A stretch of 64,000 bases of DNA from Carcharhinus longimanus. Taxonomy: Eukaryota. How positions within the stretch are numbered: the first letter of the stretch is position 1; every line of letters starts with the position of its first letter. Under the pieces are notes generated by a model that was not told the origin of the DNA, did not search any database, and saw nothing but the letters and a program-made list of their open reading frames with translations. Shown in pieces: positions 12,279-24,688 of this stretch. The position numbers and the translations under genes are program-made. The stretch spans positions 90,202,732-90,266,731 of the forward strand of contig JASCQW010000043.1 in NCBI GenBank assembly GCA_030264375.1, in the 5' to 3' direction.

Positions 12279-15200
12279 NNNNNNNNNNNNNNNNNNNNNN
12301 NNNNNNNNNNNNNNNNNNNNNNNNNNNNNNNNNNNNNNNNNNNNNNNNNNNNNNNNNNNNNNNNNNNNNNNNNNNNNNNNNNNNNNNNNNNNNNNNNNNN
12401 NNNNNNNNNNNNNNNNNNNNNNNNNNNNNNNNNNNNNNNNNNNNNNNNNNNNNNNNNNNNNNNNNNNNNNNNNNNNNNNNNNNNNNNNNNNNNNNNNNNN
12501 NNNNNNNNNNNNNNNNNNNNNNNNNNNNNNNNNNNNNNNNNNNNNNNNNNNNNNNNNNNNNNNNNNNNNNNNNNNNNNNNNNNNNNNNNNNNNNNNNNNN
12601 NNNNNNNNNNNNNNNNNNNNNNNNNNNNNNNNNNNNNNNNNNNNNNNNNNNNNNNNNNNNNNNNNNNNNNNNNNNNNNNNNNNNNNNNNNNNNNNNNNNN
12701 NNNNNNNNNNNNNNNNNNNNNNNNNNNNNNNNNNNNNNNNNNNNNNNNNNNNNNNNNNNNNNNNNNNNNNNNNNNNNNNNNNNNNNNNNNNNNNNNNNNN
12801 NNNNNNNNNNNNNNNNNNNNNNNNNNNNNNNNNNNNNNNNNNNNNNNNNNNNNNNNNNNNNNNNNNNNNNNNNNNNNNNNNNNNNNNNNNNNNNNNNNNN
12901 NNNNNNNNNNNNNNNNNNNNNNNNNNNNNNNNNNNNNNNNNNNNNNNNNNNNNNNNNNNNNNNNNNNNNNNNNNNNNNNNNNNNNNNNNNNNNNNNNNNN
13001 NNNNNNNNNNNNNNNNNNNNNNNNNNNNNNNNNNNNNNNNNNNNNNNNNNNNNNNNNNNNNNNNNNNNNNNNNNNNNNNNNNNNNNNNNNNNNNNNNNNN
13101 NNNNNNNNNNNNNNNNNNNNNNNNNNNNNNNNNNNNNNNNNNNNNNNNNNNNNNNNNNNNTCTTGGGATTGGACATAGCTCAGCACAACATTGAGGGCCG
13201 AAGGGCCTGTACTGTGCTGTAATGTTCTATGTTCTAAATGCAGGTCAGAGGTGGGGAACAACCTCCACATGTAACTCCCAGCAGGTAATAACAACATGAC
13301 ATTGGGGTACTGTCACTGAGATATGTCATGGATCATGGTAAAATCTAGCATGGGAGAAAGTAAAATAACTTAGGAAAATGAAACAGATGAAGCCTGAAAA
13401 CTGCATGAGAAAAGTTTGCAGATTCAGAGCTCACAACACTATCCCTTTAGGTTTTATTGCAATTTGAAGGAACCAAAAATCTTATTCATCACGAGGCATT
13501 CTATTCCAATCATTTCTTATATAAAAGTTCAAAAATATATGGACACAATCAAGTCCTAATGGATTGTAGCACACTGATTAAAAATTATGATTAATACAAG
13601 TCTCATTAATGTTTATTTCTATTCAAAATTGAATAAGTAGTTACAAATCCTAAAGCAGCTTCTAATTCACCATTAAATTACTTGCATCATACACTTTATA
13701 AATACTGATATCTGAAAAGAAAAATATACAAAACATAATATTCTTAAATACCTGGAGAAGGATTCACATTTTAAATACAATAACTTTATTCACAAAACAA
13801 TGTTTATATCATAATAGTTCAATGCAGAAGCCATGGTTCTAACTGACTATTGTGTCTCCTTTACGGTAGTGGGAAAATAACTATCTAAAACTACAGCATC
13901 TTGATATATGGTCACTAATTTATGGAATAGACCCACAAGTAACATAGATTAGACCTAGGTAATATCTATTATATTGTATTATACAAAAAAATTCATGTTT
14001 GAGCCCATCATAACTTTCTTCATGGCTGAAACCTCTAATCCATGATGGCAGCCTAGGAAATCCATGCTCTACATCTTTTCCATTGTTAAGCCCTTCCCAT
14101 AATAGGATGATCTCACTTATACTCCAACTGAACCTACCTAAGGTCTTGTAAAAGTTTAATCTTCCTCTCTATGCCTCTGGATACAGACCCAGAGATTCTG
14201 TCTGCATAGACACATAGCAAGGGGCCTTGGTTTACGTATGACATTTAAATTCTCTTACCACTCACTTGCATACACTTCAATTTCCTGATACTAACTGATG
14301 CTTGGCGTTCAGGTTTGGAATGTATCTACCAATGTTCCTTTCCAAACTTCCACAAAGTACAAACAGGTCAAACCAATGAATAAGAAATAGGATTGAGATG
14401 CTGGGGCTCCACAAGCAGACCTGCTATCATGTTTTCTACAACACCGGTTACACTTTAGAAGTAAATTTAAAAGTAATCAGACTGCAAAGCACTTTGGGAC
14501 ATCCTGTGATTATGAAAGATGCTAGGTAAATGCAAGGCTTTCTCTTTAAAAAAATAAATGATTTGCACATGTCACCAAAGACTGGCATGTCAAAAAAGTT
14601 TGCATCTCACTAGATATAAATGTAAATGAACATCAATTACAGATCCAAATGATAGTGTGACAATGTACTTAAAAATAGTCCCTTCTATTCTAAATGTTAG
14701 ATTAGAATGGCAAACGCTGTCAACATGTATCTAGCTTTCCAACTTGCCATTTGTAGATAGATTTGTTTAAACTGGAAATGAGTGATTTGTTGAAACTTTG
14801 TCGCCTTCAGTGGTCAGGCATAAGTAAAACTGAAATTTAAAGACTGAAAGTTGACTGCCCGGATGGATTTTAAATTTTAAAGTAGAAGTTAACTAAAGAC
14901 ACGTGTATATTTGAAAAGTCAACAAACACAAATACAGTGTTTTTTTGTGAAATGGTAGTGTTATCTTGCATGCTGTGGTACAAAGAAACTCATCGCAATG
15001 ATGCCAAATAGAGATTATAACAAGGATACATTCAGTCGTGGAGCACCCTGGTCACAGACGTGGCATTAATCCATTATCTTATACAGATTTTGCTGTGTGA
15101 AACAGAGGGAGCAATTGTAATTGCATACATGGTGATAAAAATGAAAATTTCCATCTTTTTAAACTCTTAAATTGACTCTGATTATATCAGATATATCAGA

Positions 15201-15684
15201 GTCCTAATTCTGAGGGATTTTATTAAATTGAAGAAAATACTGCAACTTTGTGTTCTGAAACTGAACAAAAAAAAGAATGAAAACCCAAATGCTAGGCTTC
15301 TTCAGTGGCTTACAATCATTTCAACAATCCATTATTTTATACAGCTTGGTAATAACTGTAAATTTTAAATACTAATATTAATTGGGCAAAACTATTAACT
15401 CTTTAGAAATAATAAAGTTCTTGTGATATATCTAAATAGGTTGTTGCATAGTCTGTTTGTGATGACTGAAAGATAAAAATAATATTAGTGCTGCTCTCTG
15501 AGATATAACGTTAATTCCCTTAAACATACTGCGTGTTGTGGCAAAAATGGGATGGGATGGAGGTTCATTTGTAAATACTGACATCCTCACAAGAATTCTT
15601 TGGCATAATACTTACCAAAGAACATAATTAAACATAATTTTAAACCTGCAACTAATGCCCTTTAGTAATCATAGCATCAATAGA

Positions 15685-15998
15685 ATCACTACATGCAGGA
15701 GTGCATTTGGCCCTTCAAATCCACACCAACTCTCCAACAGAGCAGCTTATCCAGAGCCACCCTCCACCCTATCCCCGTAACCCCAGGCATTTACGCTACT
15801 GATCTCCTTAACCTCCACATCTTGGGACACTAATGGGTAATTTAGCAAGGCCAATCCATCTTTAGACTATGGAAGGAAACTAGAGCATCTGGAGGAAACC
15901 CAGGAAGAGCGTGCAAACTCTACAGTTGCCTGAGGCCAGAATCAAACCCAGGCCTGGAGCTGTGAGGCAGCAGTGCTAACCATTGTGCCACCATGCCC
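15685..15998 (-). mobile_element. HE1-type SINE (older copy)
   Basis: Degenerate HE1 body with reversed tRNA head (tgtgaggcagcagtgctaaccattgtgccacc). Confidence 0.8.
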
Positions 15999-16199
15999 TG
16001 AAATTTATATTTCTGCCATTTGCCACATAGTGTTTCAGCACCTGAATTGAACCTCTTTGAAATGCATCTATTTCACACTGGCTTTCTCCTACTTGTCCAG
16101 CCCGTCCTAATCCCTTCATGTATCTCAAACTCTGCTTTTCAGGCATGCTTTTCACTTCTGCTCTTCATTGCTGTCCAATTTCCATTGGATTTTAGCAAA

Positions 16200-16735
16200 A
16201 AGAAATTTGCATTTATACAGCATCTTTCTCATACTCAAGATGTTTCAAAGCACTTTACAAATGATGAACTCCTTTTAAAGTGCAGTTGCTGTAGGTAAAT
16301 GTATGGGCCTATGCACAGCAAGGTAGCATGACCAAGAATAAGACAAATAATCTGTTTTTTAACTGTACTAGTATTGTGGATGCTGGAAATCTGTAACACA
16401 AAACAGAAAGCGTTAGAAATTCTCTGCAGTTCAGGCAACATCTACGGAGAGGAAAAAAATGAATTGTTTCAGGACATTAATCTTTTGTCAGGAGTCTTGC
16501 GTATTTCCAGCATTTTCTGCTTAGTTGTGCTACCTGAGGGATCATTTCTGGCTGGAACACAAGGAGAAATTACCTGCTCTTCGAAGAGTGATATGAGGTA
16601 TTTTATCTCCACCTCGGTTTAACATCACCACTGACAGTACAGTTTAGGACTCCCCTATAACACCAGCCTAAAATATGTGCTCAATTCTCTGGTGCAGGAT
16701 TTGAGTTGGAGTGCTACCACTGAGCCCGGTTATAA
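16200..16735 (-). mobile_element. Deu-domain SINE interrupted by a palindromic Penelope-derived repeat (16372-16520)
   Basis: The reversed L2-type tail (ttgcatttatacagcatctttc) is at 16207 and the reversed Deu core (ctgctcttcgaagagtg) resumes at about 16570. Confidence 0.55.
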
Positions 16736-16824
16736 CCTGGTGAAGCCCTGGAGAACAGAACTGAAGACTCTAGATTATGAGACAAACACCCATTGTTGCC
16801 AGTAACTATGTAAACCAGAGCAGC

Positions 16825-17080
16825 AATGAGAAGCAAGGCAATGGAATGAGAGAAACCAGAAAGAAGAGAAGAAACAACACAGTAAAGGAAGAAAGGAAAG
16901 AGATAGAGGGAATGAAAAATTGAGAGAAAAATAAGCGTAAATTGAAGAAAGAAAATGAGGACAGGGAATGAGGGAAAGGTAAAAAGAATTAAGAGATAAT
17001 GAACAAAGAAATGAAAGCAAAAAGAAGAGGACGAGAGAAATGATGTGATGGAATGAGAGGGACAGAAGCAATTAGAGGGA
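16825..17080. repeat. Purine (GA)-rich low-complexity tract
   Basis: About 250 bp dominated by A and G. It produces the hydrophobic pseudo-ORFs 16714-17163 and 16775-17071. Confidence 0.85.
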
Positions 17081-17769
17081 GCAATCCAAGTTACAAAATA
17101 GCAATAAAAACTGCATGTCAAAAACCATACTTTAAAAAAATTATTGGACACTTTGTTGTTCAAAGGAGAATATAATTTGTGTTAGATTTAGATGTTTTAA
17201 CTTTTGTTGTACAATAAAGCTATTTCTTTCTTCCTAAAATCTATTAGAAAATAGAGCAACAACTCCACTAACATAGCTGAGAAAATCATTTCAGCCAAAT
17301 AGATTAGGGATTCATACATTAGTAGCCAATAACAGCATTTCTGAGTGTCATTATATTGGCTTCCAATGTTGTTGGTTTAATGTCAAAATTTACAACCTGT
17401 CCTCTCAAAGAGTGGATTGTGTAGCATGGCATACTGGGGAAAATGATTATTCCTTAAAACTCCATTAATTAATATGCACACACAAATCTCAACAAATTAA
17501 ACAGACAAATTAATAACATGCCAATCAATGTAGAGACATAAAACTGCACACTTACTATACACACAGGAGTAGCATGCTTACAAGTATAATGGTTAACTGG
17601 TAAATAATGGATAGGCAAGAAATTGTGGGATAAAGGAAAAGATCAATATTAAAACCAAACCCATTTAGACCAGGCCTTCCAACAGTAACTTAGATCTTTA
17701 CAAGGGTCCTCACGCACAGACAGATATCCCAGAGAAATTTACAGAGTGATGTGTATCAAGTGAAAGGGG

Positions 17770-18240
17770 AAGGAAAAGACTTGAGAGGGTTAATGACATG
17801 GATCATTAAGGGTCCCTTGAAAACTGACAGTGAGAAGACAAAGTTGTGGTGAAAGACAGTTCCAGGATGGAAGGATACTGTGGCTAAAAGAAGCACTGAA
17901 GAAGAGTAAGAGTGAAGTTAGTGTCAAAGGAAGACATTGACGCAGTTCAATATTGTGGAGGGTAGAACAGGATTTGAAGGTGAGGGTGATGAACAGAGGC
18001 ACAGAAAACATGTGGAATTTTTGAAGACTGAGGTATTACAGCTGTGGATGAGAAGGCCAGTTGCAGCATTTTGATGAGTCCTGGCTTCTAAAGGGCTTGA
18101 TGAATGTTGAATAGATCAAGCCTTGAGATAGTAACAGTGATCAGAGTGATAGGATAGTAATCAGGGGATGGGATGGAGAGTAGGAAGCCTTGCAGAGAAG
18201 TTCAAGGAAAGATTGGTGGGTGATGGGTGTCCAGTCACAG
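17770..18240 (-). mobile_element. Old L2-type LINE RT C-terminal fragment
   Basis: The minus strand gives an L2-like QNAAxxL motif (caaaatgctgcaactggcc) followed by a degenerate 3' region. Confidence 0.4.
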
Positions 18241-18511
18241 CGAGTTGCTCAGGCAGGTCACAGAATCACAGAACTTTGTTATNNNNNNNNNNNNNNNNNN
18301 NNNNNNNNNNNNNNNNNNNNNNNNNNNNNNNNNNNNNNNNNNNNNNNNNNNNNNNNNNNNNNNNNNNNNNNNNNNNNNNNNNNNNNNNNNNNNNNNNNNN
18401 NNNNNNNNNNNNNNNNNNNNNNNNNNNNNNNNNNNNNNNNNNNNNNNNNNNNNNNNNNNNNNNNNNNNNNNNNNNNNNNNNNNNNNNNNNNNNNNNNNNN
18501 NNNNNNNNNNN

Positions 18512-18735
18512 NCAACGGCTCTCCAAATGAGCATTATCGTCAAGTGCCATTTACCTGCTGTTTCCCCATACCCCTTCACATTGTTTCTATTCAAATAATC
18601 ATCTAATGGCCTCTTGAATGCCTCGATTGAACCCATCACATTGCCAGGCAGTGCCTTCCAGGCCCAAACACCTTGTTGTGTGAACAGGTTTTTTCTTACA
18701 TTACATTTGTTTCTTTTGCAATTCACCTTAAAGAG
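18512..18735 (-). mobile_element. CR1 LINE 3' end fragment
   Basis: RKNLFTQQGVWAWKALPG...SIEAFKRPLDDYL matches the CR1 ORF2 terminal motif FFTQRVVxxWNxLP...FKxxLD. Confidence 0.85.
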
Positions 18736-19257
18736 TTCTAACTAGTGTCTTACTTAAGATGTGCTGGATTCACTTCAGGTAAGTGAAAAAGTGCTTATCT
18801 CCTTGAACCAGCAGTCCAAGCCTGGGTTTAGCTGTTAGGCTCCCCAAGGCTTGGGAAACACAGTTGTCCAGAATGAAATTTCAAATCTTGAATAATAATG
18901 AAGCTTGCAGCCTCATTATAACATCTAAAATGCCAAGCCAACTCCTTGGAGCAGGATGGCCCCCCAACCACCCACCACTCCAACTCATTTAAAGCCAGGA
19001 ATGGACAGGTTAGAGACAGGTATGGATTCAGATTTTTAATTCTCCAACTTCCCAACCAACACAAACCCAAACATCTTTTTAGGTAAAAACTCTCCCATAG
19101 GTGTTAGCTGATAAGAATGGCTGACATTTTGCTGACTTTTAAATGGAGGAGCTTTTGATTGGTCCATATCTAGGTATCAATGAAGTAATTGCAATGTGTG
19201 GCAACAGCCATGGATTTCTTGGGGCAGAGTGACTGAAAGAGCTTAATACTGCAGCTT

Positions 19258-19790
19258 CAGTGGTAGCATTCTCAGTTCTTAGTCTGAAGATTGTGACTTC
19301 AATACCCATTCCAGAGATTTGAGAACTTTATCTTGGCTGATACATGCAGTAGTAAGGAAGGACTGAATTGTCAGTGATACCATGCTTTAAGCAAGATGTT
19401 AAATCAAAGCCACATCTCAGATGGATGCAAACAGTCCCTGCAACCTACTCAAAGTAGAGCAGAGGCATACTCGCCATTGTTCTGGAAACATTTATCCCCA
19501 TTCAATATCCAAAACAGATTATTTGGGCACTATTTGTGGAATGTGGTTGTGTGCAAATTGGCTGCTGCTTTTCCTACAACTGGAAGCAAGATGGGAAATG
19601 CTGAAATGCAGAGGGATGGTAGGATCTGGAATGCACTGCCTGAAAAGGGAGTGAGATATGCATGACTTTTTCAAGGAAATAAATTTTCAGGGTTGTGGGG
19701 AAGGATCAGGAGATTGAGATAAATTTAATAGTTCTTTCAAATAGCTAGCAAGATAGACAGAATGGCTATTGTATCATTCCATGATTAGTC
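19258..19790 (+). mobile_element. Deu-domain SINE (19258-19580) followed by a CR1 3' fragment
   Basis: tRNA-like head plus Deu core (aaacagattatttggg...tgtgcaaattggctgctgc), then cagagggatggtaggatctggaatgcactgcctg (WNALP). Confidence 0.6.
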
Positions 19791-19934
19791 ACCAGTGCCT
19801 CCACTTCAAGAAGTTATTGTAGGCGGTGGTAAATACAAATCATGTTTTTCCAATTTATGTTGTTAAGGGTAGCACCAGAGAGACATATTATTAAAGGACC
19901 AAATTCAGCCGTGGTTCTCTCCTTGTTATTGTCA

Positions 19935-20272
19935 AGGTGGCATGGGGACACAGGTTCGACTCCCGGCTCGGATCACTGTCTGTGTGGAGTTTGCACGTTC
20001 TCCCCGTGTCTGCATGGGTTTCCTNNNNNNNNNNNNNNNNNNNNNNNNNNNNNNNNNNNNNNNNNNNNNNNNNNNNNNNNNNNNNNNNNNNNNNNNNNNN
20101 NNNNNNNNNNNNNNNNNNNNNNNNCTGGTTAGGTGCATTGGCCAGGCTAAATTCTCCCTCAGTGTACCCGGTCAGTTGCCGGAATGTGGCAACTTGATGA
20201 TTTTCACAATTATTTTATTGCAGAGTTAATGTAAGACTACTTGTGACACTAATAAATACACTTTAAACTTAA
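19935..20272 (+). mobile_element. HE1-head SINE with an alternative 3' tail (contains a gap)
   Basis: Head ggttcgactcccggctcggatcactgtctgtgtggagtttgcac; tail tgtaagactacttgtgacactaataaata. Confidence 0.8.
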
Positions 20273-20964
20273 ACATCAATAGTACGTTCCTCATTCTCCT
20301 CCCAGCAATTGTTCTGTCTTTTGTTACAAGTAACTACTGGAAGCAAAGTTTAAAGTGTGAGTGGAGCCCTGTCAACTCGCATCAGTTGCCTTGATTCTCA
20401 AAAAGCTATTTCCATTGGTGAACAGGATTCATTCAGCTTGCTGTATTTTTCAATGTCTCATCTGGATGCTTTGGTGAATGTGCTTAAGAATGTTCTTCCA
20501 TTTCATGCAGGAGTCTCCAGCTTGTTGATCTGAGGGGACTGACAAGCTGTGTAAAGTTAGCAGTATACCATGTCCCTGGTTTGTTGTCTATATCTCTCAG
20601 CATGTTGAGCTTCAAAAATTTATTAGCCAAAAATGGGTTAACATCATTGTTTCAAACTAGCAGACAAAGGAATATCATATGAAAGTATGAAGGCATTTAT
20701 AACTAGTATTGCAGATGCCAGCTCAACCCAAAAGACTAAACTGTGCACAGAAGAACAGGCTCCATTCCCTGTAAGAACTCAATGTAATAAAAAAGTTTAA
20801 AAACTCATCCTATCATTATACAAAGATATAACTTAAGTGGAATAAATTTACAAAGTTTATTTCTTTGTTAGTGTCACAATTGGGCTTACCTTAACACTGC
20901 AACAATATTACAGTGAAAATCCTGCTGCCATCAGATTTTTGAATGGATCTACCTCACATAAAGA

Positions 20965-21125
20965 TGATCTTTCTCTACGCTCTAGTTGTGACTGTAACAC
21001 TATATTCTGCATTCTCTCCTTTCCTTCTCTGTGAACGATATGCTTTGTCTGTATAGCGCACAAGAAACAATACTTTTCACTATATGTTAATACATGTGAC
21101 AATAATAAATCAAATCAAATCTAAT
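20965..21125 (+). mobile_element. Rex1/Babar LINE 3' UTR with (ATCAA)n tail
   Basis: Near-identical to 23655-23805 and ends in aataaatcaaatcaaatc. Confidence 0.7.
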
Positions 21126-21131
21126 CATATC

Positions 21132-21375
21132 ACAGTGCAAGGGACCTGGGTTCAATTCCCGGCTCGGGTCACTGTCTGTGTGGAGTTTGCACGTTCTCCC
21201 CGTGTCTGCATGGGTTTCCTCCGGGTGCTCCGGTTTCCTCCCACATTCTGAAAGATGCGCTGGTTAGGTGCATTGACCCGAACAGGTGCCAGAGTGTGGC
21301 GACTAGGGGAATTCACAGTAACTTATTTGCAGTGTTAATGTAAGCCTTACTTGTAACTAATAAATAAACTTTTAA
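21132..21375 (+). mobile_element. HE1-head SINE with an alternative 3' tail
   Basis: gggacctgggttcaattcccggctcgggtcactgtctgtgtggag...gtgttaatgtaagccttacttgtaactaataaataaact. Confidence 0.85.
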
Positions 21376-22259
21376 AACACTTGTCAGCATGCACAGCAAA
21401 ACTTCACACACTAATAGTAACAACCTAAATGAGCCCTGGAGGGCATCAAAGTCGCTGCTGAGTTATACCCATCACCAGCAACAACAATTTGCACTTATGT
21501 AGTGTATATAACTTAGTAAAATGCCATAAACCAAGTGAGGAGCATATACAGTAAATACTATAGGGCTGGTGGGATGGGGTGGTGGAGACATTGTTCATGT
21601 GTTGCAGCTATGCAGACTACATAAGTTTGTCAGGAGCAGACAGCTAGCCCCTGTACAACCTGCCTATCCCTGGGTTACTAACGAAAATCTACATAACCCA
21701 TGCAAACAATTTCTCCCCTCAGGTTTCCCAAGCCAGGTAAAGGTTGACTGAGAATATCAGAGTATTAGGCGGCTGGATCACTACAATGATCATTAATGAA
21801 ATTGGAAAATGGTGGCATAATTTTTGGTATATCATTTGACAAGAGCTTCAAATAGATCCTATTTTGACTGTTTCCTACTGATTGATTAGAACGGACTAGC
21901 TTCTAGGAAGTGATGTCAAATGGTGAAAAAACTTGAGATTATTCTCCTGAATTAGTTGTTAAAAATGCAGGATTTGGTTTAGGTGTTCAAACTGATTGGA
22001 CAAATTCAACAAAGTATTTCAGATGCATAACTTTCAGGTCTGGTTTTAAGTACTAAAATGTTGTGCTGAAGAGTGGAATGTAACTTCAGACACATGATAA
22101 TGGCATTAATCTTTGGCTGGGAATTTCCTCCCCTTCACATGTGACAGTTTGTTTCTATCGCAATCTCAATGAAACTGCAGCAATGGAATAGAATGAATTC
22201 TGAACAAGTTCCTGAGCTTTAACTCTACCCACTTTTTAGAACACCATAACAGAACTACT

Positions 22260-22956
22260 GGGCAGAATTATCCCAAAAATGACTCAGGCAAGAAAACCGG
22301 TGTGATTCACACCAGGATTGCAAATTCCCCACACTTGGTCTATTTTGGGGGGAGTTGTGAGTTTTGCACTGGTTCGAGAGAGGCAGGATCTGAACATGCC
22401 AGTCATCCCAGTGTCACAGAGAGTGGGTGCTGATTTTAAAGGGCACCCCGATCTCAAATTGAAATTGAGCACCCGCCTCCCTCCCTCCATGGACATTGGA
22501 ATCCCCTCCCCTCACTGAAGGGGTGATTATCCACTACCCTCTCAACAAAGAACACCAGCATTGGGGCACTGGGGCTCTCCTAATAGATTCCTCTTTTATG
22601 ACCTCCTCGTCCATGACTCCTACTCATGACCCCCACATTTCATTCCCCCCTTGATAACCCATTCTCCTTGCTGACCGTCCCTCATGGCCTCTTCATGCCC
22701 TAATTCTTTCATTACTGATAACCCTAATGACCCAGGCCCTCCCCATCATGGCACTGCCCCAAGCATCCTGGCAGTGCCAGGTGGGAAATACCCAGCCATG
22801 TCCCCAACATGGGGCTTCAATGGCCTCTGAGACTTTCCCTTCCGGTGTAGCCATCACACCTGCTTTCTGTTTGTGAAGACCAGGAGTGATTCTCTCCGAG
22901 CTCCCTTTGCGCCCACTTTCTATGCTGGGCGCTATGCAGCCGGAAAATTGCAGCCA
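22260..22956. mobile_element. Non-autonomous PIF/Harbinger-type element (GC-rich)
   Basis: Termini GGGCAGAATTATCC ... GGAAAATTGCAGCC. Internal sequence is shared with 50568-51455 and 52175-52796 (GGCASTGCC repeats, caatggcctc, cacctg). Confidence 0.6.
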
Positions 22957-23377
22957 CTGCCAGTGAAACTGGGACTTAAAATAATTAACAGTAGATAAAT
23001 CTGATAGAAATTTTAAAAATCCTCATTTTACAATCAGTGACATTACCTCCTTTAGAAATCTTAAGATTCCATCAATAGATGATTTCTTGCTGTAGAATGT
23101 ATGATAACAAATTGATTCATATCTTTCAATAAATGTATTAAATCTCACAGGAAAGTTGGCCTAGCCCAAAAATAATCCTTCTGAGAGCTGAATTGTCCTG
23201 AAGTTTTCAAAACATGCACACATTTTCCTTCAAAATATTTTTTAAAGAAATAAAACCTTTGAGCACCGTGCTAATAGAGTAATTACAAAAATCTAAGTAG
23301 TCCGTTCACAGTGTTTTTTGAAAAGCCCTTTTTTGAAAAAAAGCTGTAATCCTGCCATAATTTCCATTTGGATGCAA

Positions 23378-23805
23378 CTTCTCACCCTCCAGTCGCAAGA
23401 AACTACGAAAGGTCATGAATGAAGCCCAGTCCATCACACAAACCAGCCTCCCATCCATTGACTCTGTCTACACTTCCCGCTGCCTCGGAAAAGCAGCCAG
23501 CATAATTAAGAGCCCCATACGCCCTGGAATTCTCTCTTCCACCTTCTTCCATCGGGAAAAACATGCAAAAGTCTGAGTTTGTGTACCAATAAAGAACAGC
23601 TTCTTCTCTGCCACCATCAGACCTTTGAATGGGCCTACCATATATCCAGGAGATATTTCTCTACACCCTCGCTACGACTGTAAGATTAAATTCTGCATCT
23701 TCTCCTTTCCTTCTTTATGAACGGTATGCTTTGTGGTGCTCAAGAAACAATGCTTTTCACCGTGCGTTCATACATGTGACAATAATAAATCAAATCAAAT
23801 CAAAT
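23378..23805 (+). mobile_element. Rex1/Babar LINE 3' end
   Basis: Encodes KLRKVMNEAQSITQTSLPSIDSVYTSRCLGKAASIIK...LFHLLPSGK and ends in an (ATCAA)n tail. Confidence 0.85.
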
Positions 23806-24142
23806 TATATGTTTTACAAGAGGGACACAGAATTAGAAAAGGGGGCGTGAGAAAATGGAGCCGCTGAAATGTGCCTCACAAGGCCTTATATCCTACACGA
23901 CCTAAAGTCATGTCTGCGGTGAGTTGGAGGCTGCACCACATCAGTTTCGCCGACAACTCACTTGAATAATTATCACAAAGCAAGCACTACATCACCACCT
24001 CCTCCACAATGTACACCCGCAGTGCTGTTAGGGAAGGAATTCCAGGATTTTGGACAGCAACAGTGAAGGAATGGTGATTTTTTTCCAAGACTGTCAGAGA
24101 AGATGGCCATTGCCTAGCGCATGTATAGTCCAAATATTGCTT

Positions 24143-24296
24143 CATAGAATCATAGAACCCTACAGTGCAGAAAGAGGCTCTTCGGCCCATCGAGCCTGCA
24201 CCAAACACAATCCCACCCGGGCCCTATCCCCATATCCCTACATATTATACCCACTAATCCCTCTAACCTACACATCCCTGGACACTAAGGGGCAAT
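24143..24296 (-). mobile_element. HE1-type SINE in the acer2 3' UTR region (truncated by a gap)
   Basis: Tail and body catagaatcatagaaccctacagtgcag...gacactaaggggcaat, followed by 100 N. Confidence 0.8.
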
Positions 24297-24501
24297 NNNN
24301 NNNNNNNNNNNNNNNNNNNNNNNNNNNNNNNNNNNNNNNNNNNNNNNNNNNNNNNNNNNNNNNNNNNNNNNNNNNNNNNNNNNNNNNNNNNNNNNNCCAA
24401 GGTGCAAAATACATAACCTGGGAGGCACCCTGGCCTCATGGAATAAAGTTTTCCAAAGCTTGTCCTGAAGATTATGTGCTGCCATATCAGTCACTTTCCT
24501 C

Positions 24502-24688
24502 TTAGGTAACCTTCAGCTGAGACTTATTTGCTGCAAAAAGGAGAGAAACATATGGGACACCAATGAAAGCCCACTTCTCGCTCGGCCAGAACTTGATGAC
24601 TGGGCCCTGTTCAGGGATTTCTGAGACAGCATCAAAATACGCAAAACAGACACAGCCCAGATAAGCAGCCAGACAGATCAAAATATGC
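24502..24688 (-). CDS. acer2: Alkaline ceramidase 2, terminal coding exon (exon 6)
   Basis: Acceptor ttttgctttag|G. Translation (W)[61 protein letters not shown] with TAA at 24504-24502. Nearly identical to the recalled human ACER2 C-terminus ([50 protein letters not shown]). Confidence 0.97.

Noticed and set aside
12125-13297. Long ORFs (270-390 aa) here and at 25032-26064, plus shorter gap-spanning ORFs at 18168-18726 and 27655-28494
   Set aside because: They run through N gaps (poly-X) and are artefacts.
16714-17163. Hydrophobic 149-aa ORF resembling a membrane protein
   Set aside because: It is the translation of a pyrimidine-rich low-complexity strand (F/L/S bias) with no recognisable domain.
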